DNA from: a virus
Lineage: Duplodnaviria; Caudoviricetes
DNA length: 32,238 nucleotides
Virus record (IMG/VR): IMGVR_UViG_3300005611_000129
Location: 1 to 32,238 of that record
Direction: 5' to 3' (one strand)
Below, piece by piece: positions 1-7,547 of this stretch (position 1 is the first letter of the stretch; the number at the start of each line of letters is the position of its first letter). A program made the translations under genes and the position numbers. Below the pieces are notes generated by a model, which saw only the letters and a program-made list of their open reading frames with translations, had not been told where the DNA came from and did not search any database.

Positions 1-41
1 AGATTCGATTTGTCTTGTGTCAATCCAATTTTTTATTCGAC

Positions 42-254
42 TCATTTTTTCCTCCCGAGATACCATACTCGCCAGCCTTCTCTTGTCTTGCGAGTAACGT
101 AATTCATTTTGCGATAGCGCATTGCGTCACGCACCCGATAGGCTTCTTGTTCTGTGCCTACCAATACACTTTGTCCTCGTCTCATTTCATCGAGAAATGA
201 ATACGGACTTTGTTTTCGCATTGGAATTGGAATGTCTGATTCAATTTGCATCAT
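42..254 (-). CDS. small basic hypothetical protein, possible DNA-binding protein (IESDIPIP...YSF...RVW family common in phages)
   Basis: 70-aa ORF with strong SD (AAAGGAGG) just upstream of ATG and its own promoter; motif pattern recalled from small phage proteins. Confidence 0.75.
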   Translation of the reverse strand: MMQIESDIPIPMRKQSPYSFLDEMRRGQSVLVGTEQEAYRVRDAMRYRKMNYVTRKTREGWRVWYLGRKK

Positions 255-269
255 GTCCTCCTTTGTTTC

Positions 270-297
270 ATTCTGGCAAAATAATTTATTTTGTCAA
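270..297 (-). promoter_or_regulatory. sigma70-type promoter for 42..254 with a palindromic operator-like spacer
   Basis: Minus strand TTGACA(297-292)-N16-CAGAAT(275-270) with extended -10 TG; palindrome CAAAATAA-T-TTATTTTG at 277-293. Confidence 0.65.
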
Positions 298-370
298 CGA
301 TTATGTCCATAAAGCTGTTAATTAATTGACTGTGGGTGTGTCCCCCCTTGGGGAAGTTACGCATGTTGGG

Positions 371-397
371 AAAAGCCCCAGCGCGGTGCGCTGGGGC
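371..397 (-). terminator. intrinsic terminator of ORF 406..795
   Basis: Minus strand GCCCCAGCGC-acc-GCGCTGGGGC followed by TTTT, 9 nt after the stop codon. Confidence 0.75.
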
Positions 398-405
398 GGC
401 GTCTG

Positions 406-795
406 TTAGGACGCCTTACGAAGTTTGGCGAAGAACGCCTGGCTGTCAGCTTGTGACTTTGCCTTGGCGTTAACCTCTGGGAAGAGCTGGTCACAGGCTT
501 CCGCGAAGTAATCACGCAACGTCTGCGTGATCTCCTGCTGGGTGTTGTGCCATTCGTAATCACGCTCTAGCTTGGTCCAATCGACTTGTTCTTGTGAACC
601 TTCGAGTGCGTGAGCTTCGACATCTGCTTGAGCGAGAATGTCTGCCTTGGTGAGTTCCTTCCTCTCGATAGTTTTATCGAGATACTGGACGAAACCTGTC
701 AAGAGCCAATTCAGTTGGTTGTATGTGGTCCTATCATCTAGGATGTGATCGCGCTTGATGTCGGATACGAGGTTGTTGGTTACTTTCTTAGACAT
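406..795 (-). CDS. orphan hypothetical protein, 129 aa, probably helical with an acidic middle and basic ends
   Basis: SD AAGGAG-aacaca-ATG; own terminator; no family recognised. Confidence 0.8.
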   Translation of the reverse strand: MSKKVTNNLVSDIKRDHILDDRTTYNQLNWLLTGFVQYLDKTIERKELTKADILAQADVEAHALEGSQEQVDWTKLERDYEWHNTQQEITQTLRDYFAEACDQLFPEVNAKAKSQADSQAFFAKLRKAS

Positions 796-1103
796 TGTGT
801 TCTCCTTACGTTATGATCGGAGGGGAATTCCTCCGACATGCCCCGAATGCCACTGGTTGCTATCAGGCAGGGAAGGGTAGGTGTAGGTCGGCTTGCCAGT
901 TTCCCCTAGCCCGTTGCGCCGGAGGCGCACAATGGTCGGGCTGGCTAGGGAAACTGAGCAAGGGCGGCCCTTCCCTGCATAGCAACTTGTGGCAACGGTT
1001 GGCATGACGAGAGGAAATACCATCCGAACATGGCGTTAGGAGAACCGTCTAAGACAGTGACCTACATCCTCCCGACAGCAAGGGCGATTACAGACTAGGT
1101 GAT
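733..1103 (+). repeat. 371-nt imperfect inverted repeat forming a rod-like hairpin (structured RNA or ssDNA element)
   Basis: Hand pairing gives about 140 bp, e.g. 733-741/1095-1103, 786-793/1047-1054, 799-806/1038-1045, 856-863/979-986, 867-877/968-978, 897-905/948-956; apical stem 915-929. Confidence 0.92.
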
Positions 1104-1132
1104 CTTTTTGTGTAATTGTGCTGTATTGTGAG

Positions 1133-1162
1133 TTGACAAAGGTTTTCTGGTCGTGACATAAA
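1133..1162 (+). promoter_or_regulatory. candidate promoter for terS and the late operon
   Basis: Perfect TTGACA at 1133-1138, then 18 nt, then a weak -10 (CATAAA); about 40 nt upstream of terS. Confidence 0.4.
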
Positions 1163-1201
1163 AGGGGGGGAACACAAGGGGGGGTTCAAGCATGGTTTCG
1201 A

Positions 1202-1573
1202 ATGAGTGATCTAGTAAAGTTAACATCCAAACAGACTGCTCTGGTGGATACGCTTGTAGCTACGGGCTGTACGATTCGTGAAGCCGCTGGCCTTGCTGGT
1301 TATGCAAGTGGGGAAAGCGGAAGAGTGAGTGCTAGCAAGGCTTTGCGGCTTCCTCACGTCCAGCAATATATGATGCAAAGGATTGGAGAGAGTCTCGGAC
1401 TCAATGCTACCGTAGCGGCGGCCAAGCTTCTGACACTAGCGCAGGGTGCTAAGTCCGAGTACGTTCAGCTAGAGGCGAGTAAGGATATACTTGACAGAGC
1501 TGGCTTCAAAGCCCCGGACAAGCATATGCACTTACACGCTGGCGAAATATCAGTTAAGATTGACCTGTCGTAG
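1202..1573 (+). CDS. terS: terminase small subunit
   Basis: LTSKQ...EAAGLAGY HTH pattern and C-terminal VQLEASKDILDRAG typical of TerS; first gene of the morphogenesis strand. Confidence 0.8.
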   Translation: MSDLVKLTSKQTALVDTLVATGCTIREAAGLAGYASGESGRVSASKALRLPHVQQYMMQRIGESLGLNATVAAAKLLTLAQGAKSEYVQLEASKDILDRAGFKAPDKHMHLHAGEISVKIDLS

Positions 1574-1799
1574 GGCAGGGGGGTTGAAAAAGTGTAGTTG
1601 GCTTGCCAGTAGTAGTCCAACCCACACATTAGACCTCGCCAAAGCTCGCAAAATACTGATAGTACCGAACGGTGTGAAATGTTAATCTTTGGCTAATATA
1701 TTGCTAGAAAAGTCCTGATCGGGTAGATTATACAAATATACATTCCCTTAGGTGTTTGCATATTGGTATAAATATTTTTTTTGCTGAGAGGTTCGTCTT

Positions 1800-2045
1800 A
1801 TGTGTTTGTCAATGGGTTCAAGCCCCACACCATCGAAGATCAAACAGCCTGATACTGGGCCAATTAAAACTGCATATGAAATTCCCCCAGAGTTAACTGA
1901 GCAGGAAGCCCTTAAGAAAAAGAAAGGGCCGAAGAGTTTGGTTAAGTTTGGCGGCTCTAAAGGCCCTCAACCTTCTGGCACTTCATTTGGTCTTGGGTCG
2001 TCTTATGGTGGCACTCAAGGCGTTAGTGGTAATCCTAATGCGTAA
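1800..2045 (+). CDS. small Met-Cys-start low-complexity protein, possible virion protein
   Basis: GAGAGG SD; MCLS start; rich in P/K/G/S. Confidence 0.6.
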   Translation: MCLSMGSSPTPSKIKQPDTGPIKTAYEIPPELTEQEALKKKKGPKSLVKFGGSKGPQPSGTSFGLGSSYGGTQGVSGNPNA

Positions 2046-2379
2046 GACTCCGGCATGGCAACGCAAAGAGGGACAAGATCCCAGGGGTGGGCTAAATCCC
2101 AAAGGTCGCGCATCCTATCGCACAGCGAAGGGCAAGAAGGGGAACTTGAAAGCCCCAGTGAAGGGTGCGGCAGACACACCAGAGAAGATTCGCCGCAAGG
2201 GAAGTTTCTTGGTGAGGATGGGTTCTGCGGCAGGACCACTGAAGGATGAGAAGGGGCGTCCTACAAGATTGAAGTTATCACTAGTCGCATGGGGTCACTC
2301 TGGTGACAAGGCCTCTGCGGTTGCCAAGGGTCGGCGTTTGCTGGCAAGATACAAGAAGATGAAAGAAAGGAAAGCCTAA
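2038..2379 (+). CDS. basic hypothetical protein (DUF6321-like)
   Basis: TPAWQRKEGQDPRGGLNPKGRASY...RRKGSFLVRM...LSLVAW; likely start is ATG 2038, not 1948. Confidence 0.75.
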   Translation: MRKTPAWQRKEGQDPRGGLNPKGRASYRTAKGKKGNLKAPVKGAADTPEKIRRKGSFLVRMGSAAGPLKDEKGRPTRLKLSLVAWGHSGDKASAVAKGRRLLARYKKMKERKA

Positions 2380-2531
2380 TGCCAAAAGTAGCAGGAAAGA
2401 CTTTTCCGTATACTGCGGAGGGGATGAAAGCGGCGAAAGCACACGCCAAGAAAACTGGCAAACCAATACAGGGTGCAGTTAAGAAATCGCTTCTGAAGAA
2501 AGATGGAAGTGGAATAAAGGGGGGTTATTAA
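2379..2531 (+). CDS. 50-aa Lys-rich protein MPKVAGKTFPYTAEGMKAAK..., missed by the ORF track
   Basis: Translated by hand; TAATG stop/start coupling at both ends; exactly fills the gap. Confidence 0.8.
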   Translation: MPKVAGKTFPYTAEGMKAAKAHAKKTGKPIQGAVKKSLLKKDGSGIKGGY

Positions 2532-2791
2532 TGGCTTATGCATTTAGAGACGGTACGCCGTATGATGGCCCAGTTATTACCCTGCCAGATGGACGCATTC
2601 TTTCTGGTGAAACTTTCACAGCGAACTCCCAGCGACTAATGGAGGTTGAAGATGGCGGTCAACGAAGCCGGGAATTACACGAAGCCAGCCCTAAGGAAGA
2701 GGTTGTTCAACAAAGTAAAGGCCGAAGCAAAGGGCGGCAAAGCGGGTCAATGGTCAGCAAGAAAGGCGCAAAGGCTAGCCCTTCTGTATAA
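2531..2791 (+). CDS. hypothetical protein
   Basis: TAATG coupling to the previous gene; YDGP...DG..LSG.T.T.NS motif; 3' half overlaps the next gene. Confidence 0.6.
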   Translation: MAYAFRDGTPYDGPVITLPDGRILSGETFTANSQRLMEVEDGGQRSRELHEASPKEEVVQQSKGRSKGRQSGSMVSKKGAKASPSV

Positions 2792-2819
2792 GAAGGCTGG
2801 TGGCGGTTATACAAACTAA
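2652..2819 (+). CDS. 55-aa basic protein, N-terminal half of a DUF5872-like family, missed by the ORF track
   Basis: GGAGGT SD at 2641-2646; MAVNEAGNYTKPALRKRLF...GGKAGQWSARKAQRLALLYKKAGGGYTN; TAATG-coupled to the next gene. Confidence 0.8.
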   Translation: MAVNEAGNYTKPALRKRLFNKVKAEAKGGKAGQWSARKAQRLALLYKKAGGGYTN

Positions 2820-3073
2820 TGGCACTAGCACCTTCACAGAAATCCCTTCGTGCTTGGACAAAGCAGAAGTGGCGCACTAAGTCAGGAAAGCCCAGCACCC
2901 AAGGTAGTGAGGCAACTGGCGAGAGATACTTGCCCGAAAAGGCAATAAAAAATCTTTCGGCTGAAGAGTATCAGAGAACAACCAAGGCCAAGCGTACCGC
3001 CATACGCAAGGGCAAACAGTTTGCTAAGCAACCTGATTCTATAGCAGAGAAAACAAAGAAGTATAGGACATGA
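2819..3073 (+). CDS. basic protein, C-terminal half of a DUF5872-like family
   Basis: QKSLRAWTKQKWRTKSGKPS...ERYLPEKA motif. Confidence 0.75.
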   Translation: MALAPSQKSLRAWTKQKWRTKSGKPSTQGSEATGERYLPEKAIKNLSAEEYQRTTKAKRTAIRKGKQFAKQPDSIAEKTKKYRT

Positions 3074-3264
3074 CATTCGTTCACATGCTTAAACCTGAGG
3101 AGAGGGAGATCCTCCGCAGGGTTGTAAAGAAAGTTCATCTAGCCTATCATCCCGAAGAATTTGTCACTGACCGCGAAGCCGATAAGGTAATTGCAGTTAT
3201 TGGCCCAGAGATTGTAGAACGCATGATCCGCTTTGGGAAAGATAAACAGGTTGACCAACTTTAA
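3070..3264 (+). CDS. hypothetical protein upstream of terL
   Basis: ATGA overlap; AGGA SD; 64 aa. Confidence 0.7.
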   Translation: MTFVHMLKPEEREILRRVVKKVHLAYHPEEFVTDREADKVIAVIGPEIVERMIRFGKDKQVDQL

Positions 3265-4771
3265 GTACAAGCCAGATGGCGATACTCTAAAGGCCTTTAT
3301 GAAGGATGACACCTTCTTTCGTGGCATAAGAGGCCCAGTTGGTTCTGGCAAATCGGTTGCTTGTTGTGTTGAAGTATTTCGCCGCGCATTGATGCAGGAG
3401 AAAAACAAAGATGGTATTCGGCGTTCTCGTTGGGCGATTATACGAAACACCAATCCCCAACTCAAAACGACAACGATCAAGACTTGGTTGGATTGGTTTC
3501 CAGAAGATCAGTGGGGTAAGTTTCACTGGTCTGTACCTTTTACGCACCATATTAAGCAAGCTGATCTTGATGCGGAGATTATCTTTCTGGCGTTGGATAG
3601 GCCGGAAGATGTCAAGAAGTTGCTCTCGCTTGAACTTACTGGCATTTGGATCAACGAAGCAAGGGAAGTGCCTAAGTCTATTATTGATGCTTGCACTATG
3701 CGTGTTGGGCGTTTCCCTTCTATGCGTGAAGGTGGGCCAAGCTGGTCTGGTGTGATTGCTGACACTAACGCACCAGAAGAAGATCACTGGTGGCCTATCA
3801 TGTCTGGGGAAGTTCCGATTCCAGATCATATCCCAAGAGAGCAAGCCAAGATGCTTGTCAAGCCTGATAACTGGAACTTCTACACCCAACCATCTGGAAT
3901 GGTGGAGAAGCTTGATGAAGAAGGTGCGGTACAGGATTATGAGCCTAATACAAGTGCTGAGAATCAAAAGCATATGCTCAAGTCTTATTACCCCAATCTT
4001 ATTAGAGGTAAGACTAAAAGCTGGATCGATGTCTATGTGATGAATCGTCTTGGTTCTGTGCAAGAGGGCAAGCCAGTCTATCCCAGCTTTGTTTCTGAGA
4101 CTCACATTGCCAAAGAAGAGATTCCTATTGCGGCTGGTATTCCGCTTTACATTGGTATTGACTTTGGGCTTACCCCTGCGGCGGTCTTTGGGCAGAAGGT
4201 GAGAGGGCGTTGGCTGATACAGTCTGAGATTGTTGCTATCGATATGGGCATTGTTAGGTTTGCAGAGATGCTTCGGCAAGAGATTGCAACAAGGTTTAGT
4301 GAATTAGAGGTCCACATTTATGGCGACCCTGCTGGTGACTTTCGTGCGCAAACTGATGAGACTACCCCTTTTCAGATTCTTCGTGGGGCTGGCCTTCGTG
4401 CTTTTCCTGCACCTTCTAACTCTGTTGATCTTCGCTTGGAATCTGTCACTTCTGCTTTGAATAAGATGGTTGATGGGAAGCCAGCTTTTCTGGTAGATAG
4501 ACGTTGCCCAAGTTTGATAAAAGGCTTTGAGGGTGGATACCAATATAAGAGGGTGGAAGTGTCTGGTGAAAGATATGCTGACAAACCAGATAAAAATATG
4601 TATTCTCACATACATGACGCTCTTCAGTATTTAATGTTGGGTGCTGGCGAGGGTAGACAGTTGATGTCTAACCACAAGCCAATCCAAGCGTTCAATGCAA
4701 AAAGAGAGTATGATGTGTTCGCAAGAAAACCAAAGAGCAAGCAACGTCAAGGTCTTTGGGCAAGGATGTAG
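3251..4771 (+). CDS. terL: terminase large subunit
   Basis: Walker A GPVGSGKS, Walker B IWINE, coupling motif DTN, RNase H-like nuclease GIDFG...SHIHDALQY; TTG start at 3251 preferred over 3233. Confidence 0.95.
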   Translation: MTNFKYKPDGDTLKAFMKDDTFFRGIRGPVGSGKSVACCVEVFRRALMQEKNKDGIRRSRWAIIRNTNPQLKTTTIKTWLDWFPEDQWGKFHWSVPFTHHIKQADLDAEIIFLALDRPEDVKKLLSLELTGIWINEAREVPKSIIDACTMRVGRFPSMREGGPSWSGVIADTNAPEEDHWWPIMSGEVPIPDHIPREQAKMLVKPDNWNFYTQPSGMVEKLDEEGAVQDYEPNTSAENQKHMLKSYYPNLIRGKTKSWIDVYVMNRLGSVQEGKPVYPSFVSETHIAKEEIPIAAGIPLYIGIDFGLTPAAVFGQKVRGRWLIQSEIVAIDMGIVRFAEMLRQEIATRFSELEVHIYGDPAGDFRAQTDETTPFQILRGAGLRAFPAPSNSVDLRLESVTSALNKMVDGKPAFLVDRRCPSLIKGFEGGYQYKRVEVSGERYADKPDKNMYSHIHDALQYLMLGAGEGRQLMSNHKPIQAFNAKREYDVFARKPKSKQRQGLWARM

Positions 4772-4783
4772 AAAGGATTAGCT

Positions 4784-4999
4784 ATGTGTATTGGCGGCGG
4801 CGGTGGCGGTGGCGGTGGCACTCCACAACCAGACACTTCTCAACAAGAGTCTCAGATCGAGCAAGAGCAAACTAAAAAGAAAAAAGCAAAGCAAGAGGCT
4901 CTCTCTGAAACAATTGCAATGAAAAAAGGCGGAAAAGGTCGGCGTTCTCTTATTAGCGGAACTGGCGGCGGTATGGGCTATTATAGCGAGTATTTGTAA
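4784..4999 (+). CDS. small Met-Cys-start virion/assembly protein upstream of the portal (position of T7 gp6.7/7.3)
   Basis: AAGGA SD; MCIG(9) start; C-terminal GRRSLI motif; synteny. Confidence 0.7.
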   Translation: MCIGGGGGGGGGTPQPDTSQQESQIEQEQTKKKKAKQEALSETIAMKKGGKGRRSLISGTGGGMGYYSEYL

Positions 5000-6597
5000 T
5001 GATCAACACTCAAACAATTGAATCGGGGTATAGCGATGACAAAGTTGCTATGCAGTATCTCAAAAAGTATGAGAAGGCAAAGTCTCTTCGTGAGAACTTC
5101 GTTGACTTGTTTGAGGAATGTTATGAATATGCTCTGCCGCAAAGGGAGTCTTTTTATTATGAAGCTATTGGACAGCGCAGGGATGATAAGATATTTGACG
5201 AAACTGCGGTTGTCGGTGTGCAAGAATTTGCTTCGCGCCTACAACAGGGTCTTGTTCCGAATTTCGCTCGATGGGCCGATCTTATGGCTGGATCTGAAGT
5301 TCCTATGGAGGAGCGTGACCAGATCGATAATCAATTGGATGAAGTCACTGAATATGTATTTGAAGTAATTCAGAACTCAAACTTCGGGCAAGAGGTTCAC
5401 GAATCATTTATGGATCTGGCAGTTGGCACTGGTGTATTATGTGTCAATGAAGGAAACGCAATCAACCCAGTTAACTTCAGCGCAATACCTTTGCCTCATG
5501 TGGTTTTGGATACTGGTCCTGATGATCGCATTGATCATGTGTATCGGGAGCGTTCTGTACGCTATTCAGATATTCCCTATATGTATAAGAAGGCGAATAT
5601 CTCTTCTAAGCTACAAAATAAAATTAAGAATAGCCCAGATGAAAAGACAAAGATTCTGGAAGTTGTTTGCAGAGATTACACTGTAAGCAATGAAGAAGCC
5701 TACATGTTCTATGCCATTGAGACTGGCATAAGGGAAGTTATAGCGCAAGATAAGTATCGAGGCATTGGGTCTAACCCATTTATCTGCTTCCGTTGGTCGA
5801 AGTGCAGTGGCGAGGTTTATGGGCGTGGCCCACTTATCAATGCTCTTAGTGCTATCAAGACCACCAACCTTACCATCGAATTGATCCTCGAAAATGCACA
5901 GATGGCTATCTCTGGTATCTACCAGATGGATGATGATGGTGTGGTAAACCCAGATACTATAAGCCTAGTGCCGGGTACTGTTATTCCCAAAGCCCCGGGA
6001 TCAATGGGGCTTCAACCTATTCGCGCCGCAGGATCATTTGATGTTGCCAATCTTATTCTTAGTGATATGCGCTTGAATATTAAACGTGCGCTTTACAATG
6101 ATATGCTTGGTAACCCTGACAGGACTCCGGCTTCTGCGACAGAGGTTGCGGAAAGAATGGCTGACCTTTCACGCAGAATCGGTTCTGCATTTGGTCGCCT
6201 TCAAGCAGAACTTGTTCAGCCAGTATTGCAAAGGGTAGTATACATTCTCAAGAAGCAGGGCAGGATTGAGTTGCCATCAATCAATGGTAGGGAGGTAAAG
6301 GTAAGATCAGTTTCCCCACTCGCTCAAGCGCAAGCAAACCAAGACATCACTTCGGTGGCTAGGTTCTTGGAGCTTGTGCAGGGTAGGTTTGGTCCTGAGA
6401 TTACCAATATCCTAATCAACTCTGAAGAGACTGCCGCTTACTTGGCTAAGAAGTTTGGCGTTCCTGATAAGCTTGTAAGAGATCTTGAGGAACGCAAACA
6501 ACTTGTTGCAATGGCACAGCAATATGCCGCGCAACAGCAAATGTCTCAACAGACTCAGGAGCAACTAATTGGTGGACAAAATACACCTGGGGGTTGA
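4999..6597 (+). CDS. portal protein (T7 gp8-like head-tail connector)
   Basis: 532 aa; FRWSKCSGEVYGRGP, SATEVAER, RLQAELVQP, VSPLAQAQ motifs. Confidence 0.95.
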   Translation: MINTQTIESGYSDDKVAMQYLKKYEKAKSLRENFVDLFEECYEYALPQRESFYYEAIGQRRDDKIFDETAVVGVQEFASRLQQGLVPNFARWADLMAGSEVPMEERDQIDNQLDEVTEYVFEVIQNSNFGQEVHESFMDLAVGTGVLCVNEGNAINPVNFSAIPLPHVVLDTGPDDRIDHVYRERSVRYSDIPYMYKKANISSKLQNKIKNSPDEKTKILEVVCRDYTVSNEEAYMFYAIETGIREVIAQDKYRGIGSNPFICFRWSKCSGEVYGRGPLINALSAIKTTNLTIELILENAQMAISGIYQMDDDGVVNPDTISLVPGTVIPKAPGSMGLQPIRAAGSFDVANLILSDMRLNIKRALYNDMLGNPDRTPASATEVAERMADLSRRIGSAFGRLQAELVQPVLQRVVYILKKQGRIELPSINGREVKVRSVSPLAQAQANQDITSVARFLELVQGRFGPEITNILINSEETAAYLAKKFGVPDKLVRDLEERKQLVAMAQQYAAQQQMSQQTQEQLIGGQNTPGG

Positions 6598-6832
6598 TGG
6601 TCATCAAAGGCCACCAGCCACCGACCAACAAATATCCTTAAATGTAGCCAGTGTGTTTTCCAGCGAAGCTGGTAAAGAAGTGCTACGATATCTAAGATCA
6701 ATCACTATCGAATCTGTACATGGCGCGGCTGTATCTGATGCGGAGTTGCGCCATATGGAAGGTCAGCGATATATTGTTGGCATTATTGAACAGCGCATCA
6801 AACATGCACATAAGGTGAAACAGAATGACTGA
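6569..6832 (+). CDS. Bbp19-like small protein
   Basis: VFSSEAGKEVLRYL...EGQRYIV motif; lies between portal and scaffold. Confidence 0.75.
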   Translation: MVDKIHLGVDGHQRPPATDQQISLNVASVFSSEAGKEVLRYLRSITIESVHGAAVSDAELRHMEGQRYIVGIIEQRIKHAHKVKQND

Positions 6833-7547
6833 AGAAACACAAGTTGATTCTGCCGCCAGTGCTGAACCAACAGAGGCAGTCCAAACTGAGACTGCGGTTG
6901 AGCGTCCTGAGTGGCTTCCAGAGAAATTTAAGAGTGCAGAGGATTTGGCTACCGCCTACTCCTCTCTTGAGGGAAAGCTTGGACAAAAGGAAGAGGACTT
7001 CCGCAAATCCTTTATGGAGGAAATTGAGAAAGAGGCTTATGCTAATCGTCCTGCTTCTTCTGGTGATTATGAATTGCCAGAGGGTATCGATGATCAATTA
7101 GCTACTGACAATGAACTTCTTCAGTGGTGGGCTAGTCATTCTTTTGAGAATGGGTATAATCAGGAAGAATTTGCAGAGGGCATCAAGATGTATATGGATG
7201 CTGTCAACGCAAATGTTCCAGACTATGACCAAGAATTTGCTAAACTTGGCGATAATGCAAATGCCAGAACAGAAGCAGTATCTTTGTTCGCAAGCAAGTT
7301 CTTCCCAGAAAGTCAACTTACTGCTGTGGAAAGAATGTGCGAAACAGCAGAGGGCGTGATGGCTCTTGAGACTATTATGGAAGCAATGCAAGGCAATGCT
7401 CCAAGTCAAGAGGCAACTCCGACAAGCAAGTTAAGCGAAGATGAGCTTAAATCTATGATGAAAGACCCACGCTACTTTGATCCTGCAAGGAGAGATCCAG
7501 CGTATGTGCGTCAGGTAGAGTCTGGATTTAAGAAACTCTATGGCTAA
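6825..7547 (+). CDS. capsid scaffolding protein
   Basis: Acidic; RPEWLPEKFKSAEDLATAYSSLE and MMKDPRY...DPAYVRQVE motifs of T7 gp9-like scaffolds. Confidence 0.9.
   Translation: MTEETQVDSAASAEPTEAVQTETAVERPEWLPEKFKSAEDLATAYSSLEGKLGQKEEDFRKSFMEEIEKEAYANRPASSGDYELPEGIDDQLATDNELLQWWASHSFENGYNQEEFAEGIKMYMDAVNANVPDYDQEFAKLGDNANARTEAVSLFASKFFPESQLTAVERMCETAEGVMALETIMEAMQGNAPSQEATPTSKLSEDELKSMMKDPRYFDPARRDPAYVRQVESGFKKLYG

Noticed and set aside
795-1023. ORFs 795..1007 (+) and 811..1023 (-) inside the long hairpin, as possible leader or toxin peptides
   Set aside because: No SD, TTG starts and no hydrophobic toxin-like helix; the sequence is explained by base-pairing constraints.
733-1103. Retron msr-msd, DGR template, IS ends or C4 antisense RNA as the explanation for the hairpin
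   Set aside because: No reverse transcriptase or transposase in the window; a single long rod does not match the C4 cloverleaf.
1682-1696. CtrA-like box TTAA-N7-CTAA
   Set aside because: Imperfect single match in AT-rich DNA; expected by chance.
3287-4279. 330-aa antisense ORF within terL
   Set aside because: Shadow ORF from codon bias of the real gene; no protein-like motifs.
4793-4819. (GGC/GGT)9 microsatellite
   Set aside because: In-frame poly-Gly linker with mixed codons; no sign of phase variation.
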